64,000 nt of DNA from positions 55,493,121 through 55,557,120 of the forward strand of contig NC_092393.1 in the NCBI RefSeq assembly GCF_030028105.1. Reading direction: 5' to 3'. Source of the DNA: Mobula birostris (lineage: Eukaryota). Shown here in pieces: positions 34,865 to 47,685 of the stretch (within the stretch, counting starts at the first letter, position 1; each line of letters opens with the position of its first letter). The notes below the pieces were generated by a model. That model did no database searches. It saw only the letters and a list, made by a program, of their open reading frames with translations, and was not told where the DNA came from. Both the position numbers and the translations under genes were made by a program.

Positions 34865-35080
34865 AAACAACAGGAATTCTGCAGATGCTGGAAATTCAAG
34901 CAACACACATCAAAGTTGCTGGTGAACGCAGCAGGCCAAGCAGCATCTGTAGGAAGAGGTGCAGTCGACGTTTCAGGCCGAGACCCTTCATCAGGACTAA
35001 CAGTCTGAAACGTCGACTGCACCTCTTCCTACAGATGCTGCTTGGCCTGCTGCGTTCACCAGATACTTTGATGTGTGTTG
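34865..35080. mobile_element. Palindromic Penelope pLTR-derived element
   Basis: Two inverted arms around a short spacer at ~34975-35004. Confidence 0.85.
34963..34998 (-). ncRNA. Minimal type I hammerhead ribozyme motif (core intact)
   Basis: Minus strand AGUC-CUGAUGA-A-GGGU(CUCG)GCCU-GAAAC-GUC/-GACU: stem I AGUC:GACU, both conserved cores, GUC triplet, palindromic ACGU stem III. Activity untested. Confidence 0.7.
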
Positions 35081-36620
35081 TTTTAATGAAAATCGATTCG
35101 GGCGATTTGGTTTGCGCCGTGTCACCTTCTGTAATTTGTCATCTTACTGCCATTGACTGAGGAAACGTTAACCCAAGAGACTTTGCAGAGGCTGGAAGTT
35201 TTGATCAGCAATGCCAAGTACTGGAGGACCATCTATGCAGGTGAACAAACAGTTGGGTTTTCGGGCCGGGATCCTTTCTCAGAACTGGAAGGGAAGAGGG
35301 AAGAAGCCAGGATAGGAAAGTGGGGTGGGGGTGGACTGAGGTCTAAACTCTGAAGAATCCTGATTAAATGTTTCCGGTTACACACAAGGTTGACTTTAAG
35401 CAATGTGTGTGTTCCCTGCTGGCGGAGCCCACTTGTTCTGAAGGACACGCGAGAGTGGCGGGAACTTACATCACCCGGTTGCAGCGAAGAATCAAAGCGG
35501 AGCGCAGAGGGTGGTGATGGGCCTCACACACACTAGCACGTTGACAGCATCTGCGGAATCTGGACAGATTTGCAGCGTGTGGGAGGGCAACCTGGATGTA
35601 GCAATTGGGAACAGCCGTTTCACAACGCTTAGTTCGAAATGACTGCACCTCTTCCTACAGATGCTGCCTGGCCTGCTGCGTTCACCAGCAACTTTGATGT
35701 GTGTTGCTTGAATTTCCAGCATCTGCAGAATTCCTGTTGTTTTCGAAATTAACATCACTTTTCGTTGCAAAGTCATTCTGGCGATTCTAACAGCTCATTT
35801 TGTCCTTCATGAGAATAATCAACTGACGCGCCGTGCTCCAGCGGAGTAAGTATCCGCTGTCAGTTTCGGTAAAGACAATAGACGGGATGTTACAGAATCC
35901 GACGTGGAGAAGGATAGAACAATTCGAGAGACAACTCCCCGAATGACCAAAATAGAGTACAAGAGACAGGATGGGCCCAGCTCTGGTCACCTGCCTACAG
36001 GAAATAGATCAATAAAATCGGAAGAGTACAAAGAAAATTTACAAGGATGTTGCCTGGTCTTGAGTTATAAGGAAAGGTTGAACAGGACTTTATTTCCTGG
36101 AGTGTAAGAGCATGAGGGGAGATTTGACAGAGCTATACAAAATTATAAGGGATATAGATAGGCTAAATATAAGCAGGCTTCACCCCCCCCCCACCCCCAC
36201 CCCCACTCAGGCTGGGTGAGATTACAACTCAAGGGAATATGGGTTAAGGGTGAAAAATGAAATGTTTAAGGGGAACCTCCTCCTTCGGAGACTGGAACGA
36301 GCTGCAGGCGAAGTGGATGATGTGGGTTTGATCTCTACATTTAAGTTTGAGAGGGGTATGTGGGGTGCTATGGTTCAGGTGCGGGTTTGTAGGACTAGGC
36401 AGAATAATAATTCCACATAAGAATAACAGGACAAGAGCCTGTTTCTGTGCTGTAGTCAGTATTCATAGTGCTAGGGAAAATAAAAATGAGTGAAAAACAG
36501 CCAGCACCAAATATGTTTTTTTTTAAAAATCGATGTACAGTAGATGTTAACTGTTAAGAGAAGCGGGGTTCCTTCCTCGCGGTATGTTCATTGAGGTAGA
36601 AACGCCAGAGGAACTGGCTG

Positions 36621-36950
36621 CAGGTAAAGACGTAATGTTAACAGGAACAAGTTACATGTCTGAGCGCGGAAGTACGGAACAGAATCCCAAGACTAGAAGT
36701 CAATCTGTGGCGTCAACTAAAGATGATGATCCCTAACACTTTGAAGGCAACTGCACGGGCTACTGCCCTCGTGGCAAATGATGACAAATAATTTACTTTT
36801 ACTACATCACTGAATTTTACAGAAGTTTTGTTTTGTTTTAAATTTCTCCTTAATTCACCCCTGGGATGCCAGTTTCGTCATCTTTTGTCTACGTCGCCTC
36901 ATCTTCTGGGAGACCAACAGATCAAATGTTCTTGACACCAGTCTCCAAGG
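36621..36950 (-). pseudogene. Decayed duplicate of the P4HB last exon and proximal 3'UTR
   Basis: Colinear anchors shared with 42179-42550: CAGGTAAAGACGYAATGTTAA, AACAAGTTA, GATGRTGATCCCTAA, AACTGCACG, TGATGMCAAATA, TGAATTKTACA, TAATTCA, TTCGTCATCT, GTCTYCAAGG. Confidence 0.75.
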
Positions 36951-39021
36951 AAAAGGATGCCGCCAGAATCTCGAAGGTGGTTTAATTCACAAGTTAACAA
37001 CAGCTTCTTCCCTTCTGCCATCCGATTCCTAAATGGATATTGAACCCATGAACACTACCTCACTTTTTAAATATGTTATTTGCTTTACACTATTCTAATC
37101 TACTCAATGCACTTATTGTAATCTATTTATTTGTCCTATATTATCATGCATTGCATTGTACTGCTGTTAAGTTCACAAATTTCACGACACATGCTGGTGA
37201 TAATAAACCTGATTCTAGTACAGGAAAGGCTGGTAGTGGGTAACAGTTGGCCCAGATCGAATGCATCCTTGGTCGGTGAGAGTAACCAGTCCTGATTTCC
37301 TACTTTCAGCCCATATCACATTAAGCGCCACTGCTCCCTATACCTACCCAACTACTTAAATACTAGTGCACCTGCCTCAGCCACATTGGTCGGTGAGCAC
37401 CTCCTCTGGCGCCTCGTTCCATATACTCACCTCGTGTGTGGGGAAAAATGCCTTTCAACTTTTGGTCAATTGTTTCTTCCTCAGCCAAGTACAATTGTGG
37501 AAGGCAAACTACATTAACTTCAGATTTTTTTTTAAAAAAACGGTGCAGGAACTGAGGCGAATGTGGTGCACATGGAACTGTGAAAAGGCAGTTGGCAAGC
37601 TACTGTATAATAGGAACTTTGAGGAGATTTAAGACCATGCAGTCGACAACTGCAGCAGTGAGTGGTAGCGTTATTGGACCGCGGGGGGGGAGGGGTGTCC
37701 CTCTGGCTTCCACTCTCTTCCTTTCCAGGCACGATGAAGGGTCGCGGCCCCAAACTTCGACTTCCTTTCCATGGTTGCTGCCTGACCTGCTGAGTTCCTC
37801 CAGCATTTTACGTTAATAATTTCTTGCGTCTACAGTATGTTGTGTTTCACTATGAAGATTAATTTTAATATAAACCTCTGTACAAGATACGATTCTCAGT
37901 CTGCAGCTGACAAAACAGTGAATTGTGAGATTGACTCGAGGAAATGGTAGATGGGTCCCACCTGACAAGATGAAATTTAAAGGTTCTCGCTGAATACAAC
38001 AGTGGGCATATAGTTCGAAAATAGACTGAATGTAGAGGGTTGAGAGGTGACAATTTCAGTAGGGTGCAGCAGGAAATTCTGGACAGTCAGCAATGCAACT
38101 GGAAACCTGTAGTTGATCCAATAAAACCCAGTAAAGCAGGTGGCTACCTCACTCCTCTCACCTAGCCCAATTCAAAGCCTTTGCTGTGTGGAGACTGCAT
38201 GTGATCCCTAACCACTGGGGATCTGCAGATACTCATTTCCTCTTGCACTCTAGAGACATGCTGGTTACTAGATTAACCAGTCAATGGTTGATTACCTGTG
38301 GTGTAGGTGTACCCAGCCACATCCACACTCGTGGCTATGCCTGGTCACAACTGCTTTGCCTGGATGAGCCATTTTCCGCACCGAGGGCAACACAATGATT
38401 AGCATAACGCTTTACAGTAACAGCAATCACGAAATGGGGCTCGTACTTTGACAATCCGCCAACCTTCAGGTCGTGCTATTTAAGAATTTAGTGACTGTTT
38501 TGTACCTTGGCTGTCTGCAACGAATTGGTACGTTTTCCCCGCTCCAGGTTCCTCCCCCATTCTAAACAGATACGCTTGGCAAGTTTCAGGCTACCTCCAG
38601 GACATCCTCAGACTGTTGGTCATTGATGCAAACGAGCAGTTGCAGCAGTGTACCATTTACCGACCAATACCATCTGGAAGGACGGGAACACCACCACTTG
38701 GAAATCCCCTCCAAGTCACTCACCACCCTGACTTGGAAACACATCGCCATTCCTTGTCGCTGGGTCAAAATCATGGAATCCCCTCTCCAAGAGCACTATA
38801 GGTGTACCTACATCTCAGGGACAGCAGCGATTCGAGAAGGCAGCTCATCACCACCTTCCCAAGGGCAATTAGGGATGGGTAATAAATGCTAGTTTAGCTG
38901 GCAACGCCCACATTCCATAAATAAGAAATGACTGCTTCAATGTATACATGGTATAAAGCTAATTAACAGGACGGTCAGGGGAATTAATTAAAAGGTGCTA
39001 AATTACAGGTAAATTAGGAGT

Positions 39022-40065
39022 ATAGACATAGAATAGTACAGTACAGGCCCTTCGGCCCACAATGTTGTGCTGACCCTCAAACCCTGCCTCCCATATAAGC
39101 CCCCACCTTAAATTCCTCCATATACCTGTCCAGTAGTCTCTTAAATTTCACTGGTGTTTCTGCCTCCAGAATCGACTCAGGCAGTGCATTCCACGCACCA
39201 ACCACTGAGTAAAAACACTTCCTCTAATATCCCCCTAAACTTCCCACCCCTTACCTGAAAGCCATGTCCTCTTGTATTGAGCAGTGGTGCCCTGGGGAAG
39301 AGGCACTGGCTATCCACTCTATCTATTCCTCTTAATATCTTGTACACCTCTATCATGTCTCCTCTCATCATCCTCCTCTCCAAAGAGTAAAGCTCCTTTA
39401 ATCTCTGATCATAATCCACATTCTCTAAACCAGGCAGCATCCTGGTAAATCTCCTCTGTACCCTTTCCAATGATTCCACATCCTTCCTATAGTGAGGTGA
39501 CCAGAACTGGACACAATACTCCAAATGTGGCCTAACCAGAGTTTTATAAAGCTGCATCATTACATCGTGACTCTTAAACTCTATCCCTCGACTTATGAAA
39601 GCTAACACCCCATAAGCTTTCTTAACTACCCTATCCACCTGTGAGGTAACTTTCAGGGATCTGTGGACATGTACCCCCAGATCCCTCTGCTCCTCCACAC
39701 TACCAAGTATCCTGCCATTTACTTTTGTACTCTGCCTTGGAGTTTGTCCTTCCAAAGTGTACCACCTCACACTTCTCCGGGTTGAACTCCATCTGCCACT
39801 TCTCAGCCCACTTCTGCATCCTATCAATGTATCTCTGCAATCTTCGACAATCCTCTACACTATCTACAACACCACCACCCTTTCTGTATCTGCAAACTTG
39901 CCAACCCACCCTTCTACCCCCACATCCAGGTCGTTATAAAAATCACGAAAAGTAGAGGTCCCAGAGCCGATCGCTGTGGGACGCCACTAGTCACAACTCT
40001 CCAATCTGAATGTACTCCCTCCATCACGACCCTCTGCCTTTTGCAGGCAAGCCAATTCTGAATCT
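39022..40065 (-). mobile_element. CR1 LINE 3' portion
   Basis: 216-aa minus ORF with LYKTLVRPHLEYCVQFWSPHYRKD; upstream [16 protein letters not shown]. Confidence 0.92.
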
Positions 40066-41829
40066 GCAGGATTAACAGAATGGTTGAGCCAACAGATTTG
40101 ACAGGCTGAATGGCAAGCATCAAAGTACAAACATCAGCTGTTCTCCAAGTGCTCGATGGGAACATATTACAACAGAGGCCACAGTAGTGGACTGTGTCCA
40201 GCTTGTATCAGATGTCCTGTCTTGTCCGGTCCACGTGGTGGACGAAACTTCTAATGGCCTTCTAGGAACTCTGGCAGGTGTAAATTGAAAATAGTGGCTC
40301 AGACCCACTTCACCACCCTACATGCAGCAGAAACCATTACATTCTCATGGACACCAGAGCCAGCCACTCCTACTACAGCCTGTGACAGATTTGTGCCCAG
40401 GACCTCAAGAAGACAAAGCAGGTTGTGCCCAGGAATGCTGAAGGTGGGGATGCAACAGGGCAGCACAGTAGAGGAGCAATTAGCACAACACTATTACAGC
40501 ACCAGCAACCCAGGTTCTATTCCTGCTGTTGTCTGCAAGGAGTTTGTACATTTTCCCTGTGGCCATGGGTGTAAACAGGTAGTGCGGGCTCATTGGTCAG
40601 GAAGGACTCATTACCACTGTACATCTAAATTTAAAAAATATGAAGTAACCAAACAGCTGAGAACAGCTTCAATGACACTTGAGCTTGTCTGTAGGTTACA
40701 AACCCCCAATTACAAATGGACAACCTCCCATATTAAAGTCAAAAGTGATGCACACAAGTTTGTCTTTCAGATAAGCAGAATTCCTTTCTTTCTCGACTCG
40801 AGATTGTTCTTCATCAGTCTTATGCATTTGACTGTTCATTACAATAATATGGCAATGTTACCATATCAAGTGAGTGTACAATTCCAACTTGCGGACTAAA
40901 TCAACTACTGATGAACTGAAACTGGAACCGTGTGGAGATGGTCTGCAGAGAAAAGTGAAATCTGCAGATTTCAGATTTGGTACAGAATAGTGTGTGGAGT
41001 TTGTCTGATCATGTGACACATTTTTCCCATATTTACATTAATCAGAAAAATTGAACTAGAGGGTGAAGTGCAAAATAGGCTCAAAGTAACAAGTGGAATG
41101 GAACTGCCAAGGGCTAGCATAAACTCAATGGGCTGAATAATCTTTGCATAAGAAATACATCAGCTACTGCTGATACTTTGGGTGGCAGGGTGGAGATGTG
41201 TATCAAAAGAGGTGCAAAGTGCTCCTTCCATCCAATAGCCTCCTGATCATGTTTACGTGAAACCATGGGAGCAGGTGGTGGATGGTCATATGAGCAGCTG
41301 GTGCCTATCACAAGCCCTGGTAATGTGACCACTGACACCAGGCAGACAATCTCTGGAGTATTGATAATAGCTAGCATCATCCACCCTGTAAAGACATTGC
41401 CCAGAAGGCAATGTAGAAAAATTAGCCTGGATCTATCATGGTCATGAGACCACAATCATCCATGTGATATGACACAGCACATAATAATAATAATAATAAT
41501 GATGATAACTGTTGCTATTGCAAACTCCAAAATGCAGATTATGACTGAAGCAGATCCAATTGAGTTCACCATACGAGATAGTCAACAGATACCCAACTGA
41601 TGCAGCTCTATTCAAATCATTTGTGAGCATTTAGTCATTGGCCTCATACTTACCATGGGTAACATTTTACCACTGGCACCATACTTGTCATGGGAATCAC
41701 AACCCAAATACCTTTGGCTCAAGGGTGGGGGGGAGGGGGGGGGGGGGAGGAGAAGAGGAGAGAGAGAAAGACAGAAAAGACAACCAACCAGCTTGACAAA
41801 ATGCAAACAGGAGTCTCAGAATGGAAAAG

Positions 41830-41846
41830 TTTAATCTTTCTTTAAT
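41830..41846 (-). terminator. Candidate P4HB polyadenylation signals (two ATTAAA)
   Basis: tttaat at 41830-41835 and 41841-41846, ~620 nt past the stop, followed on the minus strand by a GU/U-rich tract. Confidence 0.55.
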
Positions 41847-42456
41847 TTCATCCTGGCCACCAAATGTTTGCCTCCATTTAAGCACATCGGAATGCTTGAA
41901 GAATTGCACAACTCATAGATGAAGCCCTCTCCCTATGCTTCATCTACTGCGTGATCCTTTCTACCCCACCCACCAAAAAAAACTGATCTTGGGTCCAGAT
42001 TTTAAAACTGAAATAGAAGAGTCCCTGAGTTACAAAACTAGATGCCTCTTCCTTTAAACTTCTGAACAACCCCAAAGCCCTCCCCCCCCTCCAATTTTTC
42101 CTCTTCCCCCAGCAGTGGCCTCTAGTTCACTCACCTCTATTTAGGCACTCAGACAAGTGCAAGAAAACCGTCCATCACCAGGTAAAGACGCAATGTTAAT
42201 ACAAACAAGTTAAAAATCTGTACAAAAGTACATTACATGAATCAGTAACAGGAAACAAAAAAGTCCAAAGTATAGATGTGGCTTGAACAATTAAGGATGG
42301 TGATCCCTAATAAATTAACAAAATGAAAACTGCACGATGTGCACTGACAATTGGCTGCATATTCCCTGGTTTTATCAACTTAGACTTGATGCCAAATATT
42401 TCATGTTTACTGCATTTTGAATTGTACAAAAAGCTGTAGTGTTTTTGGTTGCAATT

Positions 42457-42552
42457 TTATAATTCATCTTTAACATGATCAGCTTCTTCGTCATCTGATT
42501 CTCCATCTGTCTCTTCATCTCCCTCCTCATCCTCTTCCATGTCTTCAAGGTC
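42457..42552 (-). CDS. P4HB: P4HB exon 11 (last): acidic tail + KDEL
   Basis: tatag|DLEDMEEDEEGDEETDGESDDEEADHVKDEL*. Confidence 0.96.
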   Translation of the reverse strand, partial: DLEDMEEDEEGDEETDGESDDEEADHVKDEL

Positions 42553-44409
42553 CTATAGGACAGGAAGTAGGGGTGAGATAGAGGCAGCTTCCAGACAAGT
42601 TGTTCACAGTATTACATCAGACTCATCCCCACGCCAACCTCCCCATTTCCAGGAAAGTCCCACAACCCACCAATACTGGCAGTGCTTTGGAATGGGAAAG
42701 GCATCTGCAGACGTCACTTGCTAAACTCAGAGCACCAAATGATAGTAGCATTCTCAGCAGCCAAAGCCATCTTACTGAAAATAAAATCTGTTTCCCCACC
42801 CACTTTCCAAATGTTAAGGCAACATCCCAAGTTGCAAAGCTCAAGGTTCAATGTAAGCACCTCTTAGCTGGAACAGTGACACTGAACTGCCCACAGTGGA
42901 TAAAGGCTTAGGAACAGGTTATTAAATTAGATTATGGATATGGGTGGCAGGGTGGAGATACATCTCTACCAAAGTAGGCACAAGGCACTCTTTCCCTCCG
43001 TTAGCCTGCAGGTCACCCTTGGGCAAGGTGTAGCACCTGCTCATTCCCCTCTGCCCTATATCAGGGTCACATGAAGCCATCAGAGCAGGTGGTGGATGGT
43101 CAAATGAACAGCTGGTATATATCACAAGTCCTGGTTATGTGGCCACTGATGCCAGGCAATCACTGAACATTGATAAAGGACGGGGTCTGGCATCTTGAAG
43201 ACACTGCCCACTATTTATGTAGAAAAACAATTACTAAGAACAATCATGGTCATGAGACCATGATTGCCCACATCATACGACAGTACATAATGATGAGGAG
43301 TCTTTAAATTTTGGCTGGGCATCTCATAAAATCAGATTACTATGTGATTCATGTAGCAATCAATCTGGTGCTGATGCATCTAGATTTGTATACCTAAAGA
43401 TAAATCAACGAGTCAAAGGTTCAAAGCTCTGGTAATAGGTACTGACTTCACAATACTCTACACATCTCCCTTTCCACACTACAATGAAGTAATTGCAATA
43501 CTGTCTACCAGCAAGTGAATAACTTAACACAGCAGAGAGAACATTTCAAAGGTAGAGGGCAGGCAGGGGATTGGGACATTACCCAGCGACTATTCATACT
43601 GAAGACAAAAGCACAGCAATACACTCAAAGCGCATAACTGACTGAAGCTCACCACAAATTGCCCCAGAGCAAGCTGCAGTTAGCAGCAACCACATTAATC
43701 AACACTCAGTTAATTAGCCACAGCAGCCAGAACCATTTCAGCTCCTGGTTACAGGAAGGATCTCAGAAGGACACAAAAGCTTTAGCGAGTGGAAAAGAGG
43801 TTTCCCAGGATGCTGCCCAAATTTGAGAGCATGCCTTATGAGCAGAAATTGGACAAACTTCAGATGTTTTCTCTGGAACAGAACAGGCTGAGGGGAGACC
43901 TGAGAGTAGTGTAACATAGGGTAGATTTAGTACAAAGCCAGCTTCTCTCGGGGTCAAAATCTCTAACATGCCTTATGGTGAGGGGGACAAGTCCAAGGAG
44001 ATGCACGGGGCAGAGTTCTGTTTTTAAGTATACACTAGTGGGCTCCTGAAATGCACTGCTAAGGGTGGCGGCAGAGAAATACATGGCGTTTAAAAGGCAC
44101 ACGAATGCAGAGAATGGAGGGATACAGACAAAGTGGGCAGAAAGGATTAGTTTAGCCAGGCATTAAATTACTAGTTCAATTAGTATGGCACATCATGGGC
44201 TGAAGATCCAAAACCTGTGCTTTGGGTATGGCAGAGGCAGCACCTCTAATCTGGACAATGACTGGCCAAGGACTGTGCTTCCCACACAGTACCTGGCCAG
44301 ACTCCAAATCACCTTGCTGTGTTTCAGGCTGTTATCGTGGGAGGACCTTCTCTCCTTCCCCCAAAGCCCCAGGCCAACTAAACCAATCTGACCCCACGGT
44401 AGTACTCAC

Positions 44410-44496
44410 CTCCTCTGCAGCACCTCCATCTTTTCCTCCACTTTCTAAGAATTTGATGAATGCTTCAAGTGTTCTTTCACCATTGTAATCTATGAC
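44410..44496 (-). CDS. P4HB: P4HB exon 10
   Basis: gcag|[29 protein letters not shown]|gtgagt; 87 nt. Confidence 0.97.
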
Positions 44497-45749
44497 CTGC
44501 AAATACAAGTTCACATTTCAGGGAGAAATCAAGCATTTCAATACTCTGGTTACCAGTGACTTCATGTGATGTGGAAAAATCATTAAGAAGATTAAAGATA
44601 ACTCCTTCAAACTACATTTCATATTTCTAAATAAACTGAAATGCACATCAGAACATCCCTTCCAAAGCAGCATTTACCCCAGAGTTGCAGCTCTATAAAC
44701 TCAAGTTAGTTCACACTTGCGAGTACATGTTCAGTTCTGCTCGCCTCATTATAGGACAGTTGTGGAATCATTAGAAGTTACAGACGAGACTAACCAGGAT
44801 AAATAACAATCCTGGGAGGCAGGGTGAGGTGTGGGGAGAAAGGAGAATCACTAGGTCATAGGCAAAGCACTGGACAATAGAGTAGTGGGTACAATGCACA
44901 GCCAGAAGTGGTGGCAGAGGCTGGTTCAATAAGTGCATTTGGGACTCTTCGATAGGCACATGGATGAAAGAAAAAGTGAGGTTTATGGGCTATATAGGAG
45001 AGGGGGGCTGGATTGATCATAAAGTTTACATAGGTCAGCACAAAATCATGGGCTGAAGGACCAGTGTTGTACTATTCCATCTTAAACATTAGGGCCTATG
45101 CACATTAGTCGCCAAAGCACAACAGGTGGAACAAGCTATTGGAAAGGCAGATCACATGTAGAGCCTTTATTGTGAGGTTTGTGTACTGAAGTGAAAGTGA
45201 CATTACAATTATACAAAGCCTTCACCTGTAGTACATGTAGAATTTCTGTCCCCCACCACCCAAGATACACACTACATCTTAGCAAAGATCCATTAGACTT
45301 GTTACAGGACCACTGTGTTCATCAAAAGCGGAGATAAAGATAAGGGAAGATAGCTGTCCAAACTTACAAGAGATCTAACTAATACTTAGATCTGACAGAC
45401 TCAATGTTAGATGCTGGCAAGATGTTATTCTCTGGCTGAGAAGTCCAAACTGGTAGAGTAGCCAATCTCAGACTAAGAGGGAGGCTACTTGGAACATGAA
45501 TGGGAGAATTTGTTCCCAGGAGAGTGGCAAATCTTTTCCATTACCAGGCCAAGTCATCAAGGTCATTGAAAACAGATCATGGACTGACTGCAGGGTGAGA
45601 ATCAAGGGATATGGAGATAGTGGCAGAAGATGGCACTAAGGGAGATCAAGCAGATTTTGCAGCTGCTGAAAACCTTCAGCAACACATTACCACTCGACTT
45701 GAATTCCTCCAGCAGTTTGTGCACGTCTCCAAAGGAGATCAGATTGCTG

Positions 45750-46755
45750 ACCATAAGACATCGGAGCAGAATTAAGCCATTCTGTCCAGTCTTCACCATT
45801 CCATCACAGCTATTATCCTCTCACCCCATTCTCCTATGTTCACCCTGTAACCGTTGATGCCCTTACTAAGCAAGAACCTATCACCCTCCACTTTAAATAT
45901 ACCCAGTGACTTGGCCTCCACAGCTGTCTGACGCAATGAATTTGACAAGTTTGCCAGCCTCTGGTTAAAGACATTCCTCATCTGTTCTACAGGGATGTCC
46001 CTCAAGTCCTAGACTCCCTCATTATAGGAAACACCCTCTCCACATCCACTCTCTAGGCCTTTCAATATTTGAAAAGTTTTAATGATATCCCCTTGCATTT
46101 TTCCAAGTTCCAGTGAGTACAGGCCCAGAGCAACCACTCTTCATACATTAACCTTTTCATTCCTGGAAACATTGTGAACCTCTAGATCCTCACCAATGCC
46201 AGTACATCTTTCTTGGAAAAGGAGCCCCAAAACTGCTCGCAACAGCTAAAATGCAGTCTGACCAATGCTTGATAAAGCTCAGCATTATACCCTTGCTTTT
46301 GTATTCTAGTCCTCTTGAAATGAATGCTAACCTTGCATTTGCCTTCCTTACACTGACTCAACTTGCAAGTTAACCTTTAGAGACCCCTGCACAAGAACTC
46401 CCAAGTCTCTTTGCACCTGTAATTCCTGATTTCTCCTACTTAACAATTAATCTATACCTTTATTCCTTCTATCCCAACACCATATCCATCTGCTACATTG
46501 TCCATTCTCCTATTCTGTCCAAGCCCTTCTGCAGACACTCTGCCTCAACACCATCAGCCCCTCCACCCATCTTCGTATTGTCTGCAAACTTGGCTACAAA
46601 GTCATTAATTCCGCTTTCCAAATCATTGATGTATAACATGAAAAGAAGCGGTCCCAAGACCAGCCCCGGTAGCACACTAGTCAGTGGCAGCCAACTAAAA
46701 GCTCCTTTATTCCCACTCTGCCTCTTGCCAGTCAGTCAATCTTCTATCCATATTA
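45750..46755 (-). mobile_element. Old CR1 fragment in P4HB intron 9
   Basis: Minus ORF GLVLGPLLFMLYINDL..VAKFADNTKMGG and a CR1 3'UTR. Confidence 0.85.
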
Positions 46756-47170
46756 GTGGATCATGGGTTGTGGAGTGGTTTCAAAGTCTGATGGTCCATT
46801 CAGTTCCCATTTCTAAACCCTTATGTGACAACATTGAGTTGCATCTGATCATACAGTAATTCATAGTCTTACTACTCTAACTATTCAAAGTATGTTTAAA
46901 TATTCATTTACAGCACAGCACTTATCTAAGCCTCTATTTAAAATATTCAGAGTCAGTGGATAAGTTACTGTAATTCATGATTCTAAAAAAAGGAACAGGC
47001 CACCTCATTCCAGCAAAGGCAGTCACATCCAGCTTGAACTGAGCTATTTATAGCTGGAATGGAGGCTTAAATAGGCTGGTGGAGAAATAGCTAGGAATCC
47101 AAAGTCATCTCGCCTGCCCAGGAGCCAACGGCCATTACATGGTTGCTGAATCACGCTGATCATTGCTTAC

Positions 47171-47352
47171 CTTCTTCTCAGAGCCTGAAGGGAAGAACTT
47201 CAGTGTAGGGAAGCTGTGGATCTTCACAGCTTCAATTTCATTCGCTGTTGAGTCCATCTTTGAAATGACTATTTTCTCATCATCCTTGTATTTCTCTCCT
47301 AGAGATTCCCAGATCGGAGCAAGCTGTTTGCAGTGACCACACCATGGGGCAT
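47171..47352 (-). CDS. P4HB: P4HB exon 9 (a' domain active site WCGHC)
   Basis: cag|(Y)[60 protein letters not shown]|gtaagc; 182 nt. Confidence 0.98.
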
Positions 47353-47685
47353 CTGGGTAGAAAAAGCAGAAGCTTTATACAATGCATAATCTTAAATTTA
47401 CAATGGTACAAGTTTTATATAAATTTTAGTGCAATTTCTGTTCAGAACACCAAGGTTTAGGAGCTCCGCTCACCATTCACAATCCTACACTAATCACCAG
47501 ACATTTAGGTGGCACTCAGGAAACCCACGCTTGTCAGGGGAAAACAAGTTCTTTACAGACAGCAGCAAAATTGAACCCAGGTTGCGAATGCTGTAATAGT
47601 GTGTTATACTAAATGCTACATTTAATGCAAGATTCAAAGCTCAAGAGAAATTACTTAATTTAAAACTCAAATTTTTTAGACTTAC

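Noticed and set aside
40285-40899. 204-aa plus-strand ORF
   Set aside because: TTG start, runs through a V-SINE, no recognisable motif.
41722-41770. G-run as a functional termination element after P4HB
   Set aside because: The G-rich strand is the template, not the transcript; indistinguishable from a simple homopolymer tract.
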